Shown here piece by piece: positions 28,137-41,000 of a DNA stretch of 64,000 nt. The notes under the pieces were generated by a model. That model made no database searches. It had not been told where the DNA came from and saw only the letters and a list, made by a program, of their open reading frames with translations. The DNA lies in assembly GCA_964247055.1 (NCBI GenBank), contig OZ176056.1, positions 3,286,001-3,350,000 of the forward strand, given 5' to 3'. The position numbers and the translations under genes were made by a program. Position 1 is the first letter of the stretch; each line of letters starts with the position of its first letter. The DNA is from Paragordius varius (taxonomy: Eukaryota > Animalia > Nematomorpha).

Positions 28137-28489
28137 TACCTATGAAACATTAAATTAACCTTTGTAAATTTCATATTTGCCCTCGATATCAATTTTAGCC
28201 TTCATTTATATTCACTCTTGAACATTTTAATTTATATATTTATGTGTTTCAGAGAAGAAATCTCCTTTATTTTTTATATTAATCCGTGATTTGTTAAAAA
28301 TTAAGAATAAAAAATGATAAACTATTTTTGGGAAGAAAATTATATCTATTAAGCCCAAAAACAGATTTTTTAGGTTTAACCTGAAATGTTTAAGGGTTAA
28401 GTTAGATATTTTAAGGTTAATTTGAATGTTTAAGGGTAATGTTCAAAAGGGAATTTAAAGTTTTTAAGAATCAATAGATGTAAATGGTA
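28137..28489. mobile_element. Degenerate TACCATTT family copy
   Basis: TATACC left end, GTAAATGGTA|TA right end, eroded 21-bp arms. Confidence 0.6.
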
Positions 28490-29589
28490 TATATATTAGA
28501 AATTTTAATTAAAAAGTGTGCGCTTAAGTCTCAAATTTTTGGCACCATCCTGAGATAAAAAAATGCAGATATTATGTAATAATATATGGAAATATATGGT
28601 AGATTTGACAAAAAATATTTTTGAAAAATCGATACCTAAAAAATAAAATTTTGAGCAATTTCATGAACTGTATATGTATATAAGGTATATTTGAGCTTGG
28701 TGGATACATTTAAAAAGCAGTTTACGATAAGGTTAAAACCTTCTATATATATATAGCACTGTCACAAAATCAGGAGTGACTAAAATCCAAATGGAATATT
28801 TTATAAATAAATGTAACAAGTTCTTATTCTTAGTTTTCGAATTTACGATTGATAAAGAAAGCCCTTTTAATGTAACTTTATAATAAATTGCTAGAATAGC
28901 GCATATTATGACACATATATTTGGGTTAAAGCTAAATCTTTATATCAATAAATGTATAGCTTTTATCAGTTTGCACAATCCTTATATATATATTCCGATA
29001 TAAAAATGTATGACTCTCATGGTGTGTTGGTTTTAAGGCTTACAATTGTTTTAATTAAGTTAGTTATATTTTTGTGGTGTGTGATCCATATCAAATGGCA
29101 AAATTGGGCAGTTTTTATAATAAATGTTTCGGTCAAAGCTAAATGCTTCATTCCATATCACCAAAATTTTCCATTCGGAAATAACTTCTGTTTAAAATTA
29201 ATATATTAAAATTATTTATCGCCCCTCGGAGTTTTGCCATTTTAAAAAGGACGAAATTCGGGAAGCTTGGGGCTTACATTTAAAAATTAAAATATTATAA
29301 ATATATAGCTTTTAAGTAGTGTATGATATATATTGGTGATATTTATTGAATGAAGCATTTAGCTTTTATCAAACAAATACTACAAAAAAGTTCGCATATT
29401 TCGCCCTTTTATATATAGAGCAGTTTTCACATAAGTGTATACTTTTTTCCACGCAAGAATCAAAAGCAAAAACATCATAAAAAATCTGATATTTCAGAAC
29501 ATATATTTATCTTCAGCATTACCCCGCGATCACCTTGAAGTTTTTAAAGTTTATTTTCATTGGTACATAACTCACTGTGATTATTTCAC

Positions 29590-32500
29590 ATGGTAAATTT
29601 TTGGTTGATAAAATTTATTAGTTTGGTTTAACGGATGTTACCATTACGGAACAAGACATAATACCATTTGATAAAGCTAAGCATATCCAATTTGTTGAAT
29701 CATTTGACACTGCTAAGAAAAATCTGGTATATATTTTTTTAAATTAAAGTTAAATGCCACCATAGATCACCTAAAATTGAGCGGCTTATATTGGTGTTGC
29801 AATTCTCTTGCTCTATTAAACGCGTTAGAAACATTCCTAAGCAAACCTGGGAAACGTGATGAACTCATAAATTTTATTAAATCATGTGAATGTGAGAATG
29901 GAGGTTATGCAGCCAGCGAAAATCATGATCCTCACATATTATACACTTTAAGTGCCATTCAAGTTTTATTTTTGTCAATAAAAATTATTATAAATTAATT
30001 ATTTTAACTACAAGCTAATTTTTTAAAAAATGAATAACCTAAATTTTTTAAATTTTAAATTGCCTATCTTTTTTACCCAAAAAATTCCGTTACATGTAGA
30101 AATAATTGTCCGACTAAATAACATAATTTTATAAAATTTTTATTTGTCTTCTAATTTATATTTTACTTTTAGAAGTTTTACCTTGTTTGTTTAGATTTGC
30201 ATTTTAATTGATGCTTTAGACATATTAAATGTCGATCGAATTGTCGCATACATCCTAAACTATTTAAATCCTGATGGCAGTTTTTGCGGCGATGACTGGG
30301 GTACTTATTTAATATCTATTTGGAAAAAGATATATTAATTTTTCAGGTTTTTCCATCAATCTTAATCTCAAAATATTTTTTAAAATACACTCTGTATTTT
30401 TCTCGGAAAGTTTTCAGGTTATAGAAATTTTGAAGAAAAAATAAAATTAAAATATAAAATGAAAAAAACAATAAGGGTAGAACAAAAAAACTACGTTTTT
30501 GACTAAATATTTTTTATTATCGGAACTTGAGATAAAAATTTATGATTTAATTCTTAACTGTAAAATTAATTTTTATTTAGAAGCATATTTAATAAATTAT
30601 AAATATATTTCATATGTAATTATAAACACCATCTTGTTTTTGTCTCGTTAGTCACTGTTCTTGTGTGGATTTAAAAACGTTTTATTTGAATATCGTAATA
30701 ATCAATTTTAATGTTGAAATCGCTAATTCAAATATACCTTTTAACAATTCAAATTCATCCTCGAACAATTTAAATTTACCCTAAAATAAATTATGTGTTT
30801 TTTTAAGATTACATATTACCTATATTTTTATATTTTTAAATAATGAAATTTAAATACTAAAATATAAAATAATCAAATAAGATGTATTTCATTCTAATAA
30901 TGAGTTTTATTAGTCACAAAAAACATAATATATTTATAAGGGAATTGTTCATGGGTAAATTTGAATTGTAAATGGTATGCATATAAATTTTGAAAATGAT
31001 TATTATTTTTTTGAGATTCATTTTTATTTTTTAACAGGTAAAAATTATCTTTTATTTTATATAAGAAATGGGAAGTTGTTAATTTCATTTACCATTTTTG
31101 AAAACTTTAAATCTTGAAATTTAAAATATTTAAATTATTTTATAAATGGTGAATATTAATACAATTAAAACGTTTTTCATATTATATATTAAAGTATAAT
31201 ATTTTTGAATTTTCACCAAAAAAGATGATGTCCAACATTTTTAAATTAATAATTTCATATATATACCATTTACAATTTAAATTCACCCTTGAATAATTCA
31301 AATATATCCTAAAAAAATTGTGTTTTCGGGCTAATATAACTCATCATTAATACGAAATATATTTTTATGACATAGTTTATTATATATTCAGTATTATATT
31401 AATTTAAAACAAAATTTCAATTTTTAAATATATAAAAAAATATAGATAATTTTCAACCAGAAAAAACAGATAATTTATTTTAGGGTGAATTTTAATAGTT
31501 TAAGGGTGATTTGAACTGTTCAAGGGTGAATTTGAAGTGTAAATGGTGTATATACAGGTATTTTTATAGTTGCCTATTTCACATAGTTGGACGATTTGCA
31601 ACACAGTAGTTTAAAAAATAACTAAATCATGAATAAACAATTATTTCCTTTCTTTTTTTCCATACTTTCCTGTGTTGCGAATTGCCACTATGTAAATTGT
31701 TGTTTCTAATATAGTTAAAAAAACTTTTATTTTAATATGGAAGGTAATGGTTAATTTTTGTAAAATTTAAAAAGTTTTCTAATAACTTTAATATTAAAAT
31801 CTTTAAAATTTGCTTTATTTTTAAGGTGAAATTGATACCCGATTTTCATTTTGTGGTCTTGCATGTTTATCACTTTTGGGTGAGTTGGATGATAGCTTAA
31901 CAACTCAACAACTCACATCCATAATAGGCTTTATATTGCGTTGCCAAAATTTTGATCAAGGATTCGGTAGTAAACCTGGGTCTGAATCTCACGCTGGTCA
32001 GGTTTAAGTTGGTTTTTTTTTCAAGTTTTTTTTGCAAATTTTATAAAACCTATAATAGCACAAAAAATGTTATATAAAAATATATTTAAACTTTACTTTT
32101 GTTAGAATATTACCGTTTCCTTTTTTTAAAGTTTTATTTTTATACAAACTCTGCTAAAAACACTAATCACAACATAATGTTATCATTTTTCTCTTTTTTG
32201 ATTGATAGATAAATAGGGTCCTACTTTCTGTTTGATTTATTTTATCATTTGATAAAATAAAACTTATGTAAAATTAACATAATTTAATTCTTAAAATGTA
32301 AAATGGACATCTGTTTTAGAGAATCTCACTTTTAAAATGCGCTTAATATAAATAGCACCTGTATGCATTTTTTTAAATTAAATAAATTATATCGTATTAT
32401 CTTATATTGGATAATAATCAAGTATGCCTATTTTTTTTGATAAATGCGCTTAAAACGGTTTTCCATGGAACTTAAAATTATTTTTGAGACAATTAAAAAT

Positions 32501-34751
32501 TGGTAAAGTTACTCTAAAATAAAAAATTGTCACAAAAACAAAATTAGAATCATAAGTTTTAAATAAAAAATTTTTTTTACTGAAAGGTTTATTGTTGTAT
32601 TGGAGCTCTTGCTATCGCTACGCAAAATGATGTCGCCACCTTTTGTAATTTGGATAAATTGGGTTGGTGGTTATGTGAAAGACAATTACCTTCGGGTGGA
32701 TTAAATGGTCGTTTTATATTTTAAATAAATTTATATTGCAAAGTAAACTTAACCATAATTTTATTCGTTTAATATGATTACATAATTATTTTTTAGAAAT
32801 ATTTTAAATATGTTTTGCAAAGTAAACAAAACCATATTTTTTATTCGTTCATGATTAAAAAATTGTTTTAAAATATCTTAATTTTATTTTTGCAAAGGAA
32901 ACAAAACCATATTTTTTATTCGTTCAATGTGATTACATAATTATATTTTAAAAATATTTTAAATTTATTTTGCAAACTAAAAAAACATATTTTTTTTGTT
33001 TAATATGATTACATAATCATTTTTGAAAATTTTAACTTATTTTACAAATTAAAGAAAACGCTATTTTAATTCGTATAATATTATTATATGTAACTTGTAT
33101 GATTGGTGTGGAGAGTATGTAGCAAATTTACATATCTATTCTTTATTTAGCAAAGTAAAACCATAGTTTATATAAAAAAACCGTATGTATTCTTTTTAAA
33201 AAATTTATTCTTGTTATATTTTAATTTAAATTTTATATTCATTCTATTATTTGAGAAAAATTCACTATTAATATATTAAAATTTTTTTATTTTGATCTTT
33301 TATTTTAGGTCGTCCTGAAAAATTGCCTGATGTATGTTATTCTTGGTGGGTTTTAGCCAGTTTAGCAATCATAGGAAAATTGGATTGGATAAATAAAGTA
33401 AAATTATTATATTTTTAATTTTTTAAAAAATAAATAAATTAAAATGCATTTATATGTATAATTTAAAATTAATTGTGTTGTAATTTAATAATAAAAAGTA
33501 ATTTATGAGATACACCTAAAATTAATTAAATATATAAAAATTATTAACCTGAGCAATTTTATTCGTATTTTTTATAAGGAATTTCGTTAATAGAAATTTT
33601 TTATAGTATTTACGGTTTTTATATTACAAATGTATTAAAATATATTGAGTAATTCTTTTATAATTTTATTTTTCATTTCTTTATTTTATTATTAAATTTT
33701 AGTTTATTTAATTAATTTATAAATAAATTTTAGAAAAAGTTGCAAGATTTTATATTATCTTGTCAGGATCCAGATAGCGGTGGATTTACTGATCGGCCTG
33801 GTGATGAGGTTTTATATTTTAAAAAATAATAATTTAAATTTTATTTTAATTTGTTTTGTTTAATAATTTATTTTAATTATTTTATAAGAAATTTTTTGGA
33901 ATACTACTGTAAAATCATTTTTTGTGCGTGCAAATTAATTTCAAACCCAATTTTTTAAAATTATTAAGACAAAACATAAAAACAAATATTGTTTTTTATA
34001 ATAAAGAAGGCCATACTTTTATAAAGTATTGATTTGCTTATATGACCTGAATGTTTACAAGTGTGAAATAGTTGTTGAATGTTTTAATTTAGAACTATCT
34101 ATTTTCGAAAAAATAATCTTGTTGTCTTTATAAAAAAGGATTTGTCCTACATTATTATATGATAAAATTGTTTTTTTTGTTGGAGAAATTAATTTTTCGA
34201 TCCATTTTATAATTATATAAAAAATTATATTTAATTGATTTTAACCGATTTCTTGCCCGTCTATACAAATTTTAAATGCAAATACATTAAAATATATCAA
34301 TTGATACAAAATTAATATATACAGGTTTTTTTTAGTTATCCGGGCGTTTTTTTATATTTTTACAACATTAGATTGAAAAAAACTTTTTGGGAGATTTTAT
34401 TTCTTGCTTAAAATTAAAACATTTTTGTTTAAGAGTTTATTTGTTTTTGTGCGAAAAGAATGAGGTTGACTGTTTTTTACCAACATTTATTAAATTCATC
34501 ATAATTTTATAAATTATGATAAATTTTCCATTTATTTTTCTTTAATTTAATTTATATAGCCAGACCCTTTTCACACCGTATTTGGTATATCAGGCTTATC
34601 ACTCTTAAGCTTTCCCAATGAAGATGACCATTTAATTGCAAAAGTTAATCCAATATACTGTATGCCAGAATCCATATTAACAAAACATTTTGAAAAGCTA
34701 AAAATTAAAAAATCCAACAAATTACATAATAGCAAAGGGGAGAATGTTTAA
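29590..34751 (+). CDS. RABGGTB: Rab geranylgeranyltransferase (type II) beta subunit, ~359 aa
   Basis: Exons 29590-29592 (ATG; placement least certain), 29622-29726, 29750-29962 ([13 protein letters not shown]), 30195-30300 ([10 protein letters not shown]), 31826-32001 (EIDTRFSFC...GSESHAGQ), 32587-32707 ([15 protein letters not shown]), 33309-33397 ([13 protein letters not shown]), 33734-33808, 34560-34751 ([15 protein letters not shown]). Confidence 0.97.
30735..30977. mobile_element. TACCATTT family variant A, short copy
   Basis: TATACCTTTTAACAATTCAAATTC...TTTGAATTGTAAATGGTA. Confidence 0.75.
31264..31548. mobile_element. TACCATTT family variant A copy
   Basis: TA|TACCATTTACAATTTAAATTCACCC...GGGTGAATTTGAAGTGTAAATGGTG. 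Confidence 0.85.
32735..33090. repeat. Minisatellite, ~80 bp unit, about 5 copies, in RABGGTB intron 6
   Basis: Recurring ttgcaaagtaaacaaaaccatattttttattcgtt..atgattacataat. Confidence 0.8.
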
Positions 34752-35064
34752 AAATAAAATTGTAAAATATGCAAATAAATTCATGCATATATATATATAT
34801 ATATTATTGTTTTAGCTAATAAAAAATTTTATATTGACCAATTTTTGATATTGGTTTTTGAATTTTTTTAAATACATTTTTTTCTAAAAAATATTTCCAA
34901 ATCGCCAAAAAATCTTTATTAATGGGCTATAAAATAATTTATTTAGTCAGTAGCTAATGAATATTTTTTAATATTGCAACGAATACATACATGTACACAT
35001 AAATATATGATAAATATATTCAATTCAAATAAATATTTGAAAATTTTTGAAGCGAAAATTCGTG

Positions 35065-38000
35065 TTAATTTGGTTGACTTTTTTGTTTGGTAAGAGCATT
35101 TTTGTACATCCAATATCCATTGACTTCTTCAAAAAACTACATAAAAAATAATTAAATTATTTAAGGGTAATTTTAAACAACAAAATAAAAAATATGGCCA
35201 AATTAACACTCCAAATTATTTTAACGTTTATATATAAAACCTTGAAAAACTAATTAACTTCATAATATGTTATTACAGTTTATAAAAAGAATTATCATTA
35301 TATATATTTAGTACACTTTAACGCCATTTTGCACAATTATTTTAGGAATAATAGTGTATGTTTTTGATATATTGCTAAATTTTGACTAAAATATATATAA
35401 TGTAAAATATGCTTAAATTTAAAATATATTATGGATAATATATCCATTTAAGGTTTAAAATTTTAACTTAACCAGAATACACCAAAATTATTTCAATATT
35501 TATCGCAATGATAAGTCGTCGTGTATTTTGATTGCTTCTTTTCATAGAATATTTTAGCATATATGCCAAATTTTTCTTAAAGAACTGTCTAATCAAAGTT
35601 AAAAAAAACTAACTTTTTTAAAATAATAAATCACACAAAATATTAGGACTTTCTCAAACCTTACATTCCCATTTAAGTCCGGAAACGCTTCTATGCCGGG
35701 CATTTAATCTTTGTTTTTCTTCAATATTTCTTTTTTCTTGTGTAGCCAACTCCAATTCGTGTGCTTTCAAATGTTTTGCAACATTTAACCATATCCTATG
35801 TGATTTTTTTAAGAATATTTTAATTCAAAATTTTAATCAATGGATAAAAATGAAAAATATTGCAAGAGAGGTAGATGTTTCAAGTCCTGATAAAATTTAA
35901 CTTTTTAATATAACAGCAGAGACTCTTTAAACACCATAGGGATGTCCAACACCGAAACGACGTCTGGCCCGAATTTAGAAATCCATTTATCTCAAAAATA
36001 TTCTAAGAATCCAAGTGTTTATATTTTAAAAAAAAATTCTAAATAGGTATATCCAATCAACAAGAATTAGGAAAAATAGTTAAAATTATGTTTGCATTTT
36101 AAAGTCTTAGGATTGAAATCTAATAAGTCACCTGAAGCCATTTGAGTTAAACACCACTGTATTGAACTCTAAATAAATTTGTTTTTTAATTATGATAAAA
36201 AGCCATATTCAATTAATTGTGGTATATATCCATTAATAATGGGTTTTTTTTATTACTTGAAAAAACCCTTATTATCAATAAAAAGTTATATTATAGAAAC
36301 GTAAAAACTAAAAGATGAAATTTTGTGATAAAGGTAGAATTATATTGGATTTTGTGTGCAACAAGTTTATAAAATCACCGTTTTATAATGTAAATTTCAA
36401 CAAATTTTACATATCAAAATAACTAATTAGATCGCAAACCTTAAATTACAATCCCAAAAACTATTAAAATTACATATTTAAATTACATAAAAATATAGAA
36501 TTATATAAACTTTCTCGATTCGTAATCCTTTTGCTGGGAAATTGGTTCTACAACCTTCGTTTGTTGTTCCAATGTTTCAGTATTAACAAACTCAAACGTA
36601 TCCTGTAATATATATATATATATATATATGCAAAAAAATTAAATAATATAAAACAAAACTTGTAGTAGATATAAGTCAAAAATAAAATTAGGTTTGACCA
36701 GTATATGTTAATTAATAATATTAAATATTAAGGAAAGATAATTATAATTCCATACATGAAAATTGATGTTTATATATTACAGTATGCATTTTTATGATTG
36801 CTTATTTCACATTAAAGTTGTTCAATTTGCAATACAGTAGTGTATAGAAAAAACTAAAGAATGTTAAAAAAATTTCCTTTTTTTTTATTTTATATATTTG
36901 ATTCAATATCTTGTTCTTTATATTCCATACACTACTGTGTTGCAAATTGTGCAATTATAATTATTGTGAAATAAGCAACCATTAAAATGCATACTATAAG
37001 AACAATTTATTGGGCAAATTTTGTTTTTCAAAAATAATTTTTTATTATCATTTGTGTGTTGGCGTTAACGGGTGTTTATAAGTGCAAATAGCGAGCGCAT
37101 CTATAAACAATGATATCATTTATAATTTTATTAATAAAACACATGATTAATTAACATATCAATTTTTTACCATTTAAAGTTAATTTTAGGCTTTATCCTA
37201 TATAATATACCATTTCCCAGTCTAAATAAACGTTTTCCCAGTCAATCGAAACATTTTCCCAATCAATCGAATCGTTTTCCTAGTCAATCGAAACGTTTTC
37301 CCAGTCAATCAAAACATTTTTCCAGTCAATCGAAACGTTTTCCCAGTCAATCGAAACATTTTTCCAGTCAATCGAAACATTTTCCCAGTCAATAAAAACA
37401 TTTTCCCAATCAATAAAAACGTTTTCCCAGTCGATAAAAACGGTTTTGTTTTTGATGATAAATATCAAAACAAATGTTTTTGATTTAAAAATATTTAATA
37501 AAAAGGATATTTTACTATGCCTGCGGGCCGCATTTTTAACTCAAACTGCACACGGTTTCCCATTCAAAATATATACAGGCATTCACATAATTTTACAAGC
37601 CTGTTAAATACAAACCCAATATAACATTTTTTTTTAATTCATTACCAATTTAAAAGATTCATTCATAATAATTGCGTAAAAAATACGATTATTACTAAGA
37701 TTTTGTGGGCATATTATATGGTTTTCTAAATTTTTTGCCGCCCGCATAAAGATACTCGGAAGGCTGCCTTCGGCCCCCAACCAAATGTTAAATATTATAA
37801 AATTAGGGTAAAATTTATGTTTAAGATTCAATATAAAGTGTTAAATGACCTTTGTGATAAAAATGGTATATTTTTGTAAATTTGTTTTATCCTTAACTAT
37901 AGATTTTATAAGTTAGCCGCATTTATTAATGCGAACCATAGATAAAATAAAAAATATCATCTTAACTTAATTCCAAAAATATAACATTTAAAAAATAAGT

Positions 38001-41000
38001 CATTAATGATTGTCCACTGGAATTTAATTGGAAAAATTTTCATTCAATAATTGTGTTTTTAATTAAAAATTATCTCCATGTATTACGCTAACAATGGTTA
38101 AAAGTGATTGTTATATTATTTTGATATTTTATCATCAAAAATAAAACCGTTTTTATTGACTGGGAAAACGTTTTTATTGACTGGGAAAACGTTTTTATTG
38201 ATTGGGAAAATGTTTCGATTGACTGGGAAAACGATTCGATTGATTGGGAAAATGTTTCGATTGACTGGGAAAACGTTAATTTAGACTGGGAAATGGTATA
38301 ATACAATAAAAAAATAATTTTAGATTGTGCATTTAAAAATAACAAAAAAGGTATATTAACCGTTTTAAATTTCAAGATACCACCTTATTAATACACGCAT
38401 CTCTCCATAAATTTTAATAAATCTAATTTATCCTGGGAAAAAATATAAATCGCAAACGATATATTTAATAATTCTTTATAAAAATTCAAAAAAATTAATA
38501 AAAATCAATCAATCAATAAACTAATTAATCAATACCCCTTTATTAGTTTTAGCTTGCATAATTCCATTCCAAGCACCAGTTATAGTGAGATAAGGACTCT
38601 TATCAAAAGGGCCGAAAATTTGACCAATAAATTGATGTTTAGTTCCCCCGTAAAAGGGCTAAATAAATAATGGGCAAAAACAATAAATTAATTTGGAAAA
38701 ATATCATCAGTTATTCAATGTTCAAAATAAAATTAATATAAATCTAATATATAGACTAAAAAAAGTTTTTATTTTAAATTAAAGTTCATTACCCTAAAAG
38801 GTTGATTAAAACATAATATTTTATGTATAACATAAATACTTGATACTAACAAAATTCCAATAAAAAAATCTTAAAAATTTTAAATTTTTTAATCAATTTA
38901 AAACTAAATTTTTTTAAAACACCTTCCAAAAATATCCACTACAACTTAAATGTATATATTGAATAAAATGGCTAAATATCAAATAGATATATATATATAT
39001 ATATGACATAAAATATCTATAAAAATTTATTTTATGTAAATAAATTTTAAATTTTTTAAATTTACTTTAGTCAAAAATTCAATGTCAGCGAAATATCCCG
39101 TTTTAGAACAAGTTATGGTAACTTTACCACCCAACTCCATCCATGGTACGGAGAAAATTGATCTATAAAAGAATCAAAAAAGTCAGAAATTAATTTCAAA
39201 ATGTTTTTTTTTGTTAGAATTCAATTTTTTTAAACATATTAATTTAACCAATAATATATATAATCTTAAATTCCCCCTTGAACAATTCAAATTACCCTTC
39301 GAACGATTCAAATTCACCCTAAAATAAATAAATTACACTAGACAACAAATTTTTTCTCCACTCGAGTTTTTTGCATTTTTTGATATTTAATATCATTTTA
39401 ACAGTAAATCTGAAATAAAAATTATAACTCGTTGGAAGAATTTTGTATAATTTGATTTTTTAGATTATGCGCCCTCTTTATCCAAATTTTACTAAAAAAT
39501 GTTTTTCCTTGAAAATATACAAGTAATGTCCATTTGTAATATATCATTCGAAAGAATATTAAAAACTCTATAAAATGTATACTAATATGTATTACATCGA
39601 CAGTTAATATTGGACACAAAGAGCGACAAACGCGCGAAGCGAGAGCTTTTTTTTTAATTATTATATTTTTAAAACTAATGGATGAAAATAGTTCAAACTT
39701 TGTTTAGATGGAGATGAATGTCCAAAAAAGATAACACAAGAAAGTTTTTTTTGATTAAAACATTTTTTATTGCTTTTATGTCACTCAAAACAGCCATTTT
39801 TAAGTTTTTTGTTTTTTAAAAATTACCATCTCATCAATATTAATTTATTTTCTATACAAGGCTGATAATTTCGAAAATTTAAAAATAAAAACAAAGTTTA
39901 AGGTATTTTTGATCTTTTATAGCCATTATGTAATAAATTTACAGTTATAACTATGCATTTTAGTATCCACTAGGTAAAATATTTATGATAATTATAATTT
40001 TTATTAAAAAAGCAAACCAAAAGCTTTTCCAAACATTTTTTTTAAATTAAATACTAATATAACCCTAATAATAATATTAAAATAATTTAAATGATTTAAA
40101 AATTAGTTTGTCTGTGAAAATTCCTGACTTATTTAAGGGTTGAAAATTTTGACCATTTAAATCCAAATAACTTTTACATCCGGTGGATTTAATTGACTTA
40201 CTACCATTTAAAAGATGCAGTTTTTTGCGCTCTTTCGAATGATATAAAATACATGGCTTCATATCTAAAACTTTAAATTTATGAAATTTCGAGTTTAATG
40301 TTAAATCGGGGTCAAAAATTATCGATAAACTCTAATATAAAAAAATTCTTTCATGTAGGACCAATTTTCTTTTCAGATATACTAATTATGTACTTTAATG
40401 AAATAAATTTTAAATTTACAAGAATGGCTGTTAAAAAAAGTTAAAATTTGTTGTCTAGTGTTATGTGTTTTTTAAGTTTAAAAATTAACTATACTTTTTT
40501 TATAATTTTAAAAAATAAAATTACGTTTAAAATAATAAATAATACTGAAAAAATAATAAACTATGCATAATATATTTTTTATTAATAATGTTTTATAAAC
40601 CCGAAAACACTTAATTTATTTTTAGGGTGAACTGGAATTATAAATGGTATCTATAATGAAATTAAACCAAATGCTCAAAATCAGTTATTTTATATTTTCG
40701 ATTGATTATATAAAAATCCTAATAAATAGTCAATTCTTCGCGAAAACATAAATAATTTTTATTAATCAAATTAATATTTTATTAAATTATGATAAAAATA
40801 ATTATTATCATTTGAAAAAATCTTTATGCATAAAATTTTTTAAATTTTAAGTAAACTAAAAAAGGTTTTTTACCTTGCATAGGCATTAGGAAAAGTGCAA
40901 ACATATTCTTCATCAAAATCCAATAATTTTATATAGGCTTGTCCAACCATATGTACTCCTAAATTTAATATTTGTCATTAAGAATATATTTAAAATTAAA

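Noticed and set aside
28952-29209. 85-aa plus-strand ORF upstream of RABGGTB
   Set aside because: It overlaps a degenerate inverted-repeat remnant (29138-29165 versus 29334-29366), has no recognisable motif, and ORFs of this size are expected occasionally by chance.
35870-36170. Possible MULE transposase remnant on the minus strand ([18 protein letters not shown])
   Set aside because: Only one short motif; the diagnostic RTNN..E motif is not readable.
37208-38375. Regular 21-bp repeats as a CRISPR array, or ORFs 37280-37468 (DWENVFI)n and 38088-38375 (FSQSIET)n as repeat proteins
   Set aside because: Units are contiguous with no spacers, are inverted between arms and have TIR/TSD ends. The ORFs are stop-free by-products of a 21-bp (7-codon) period.
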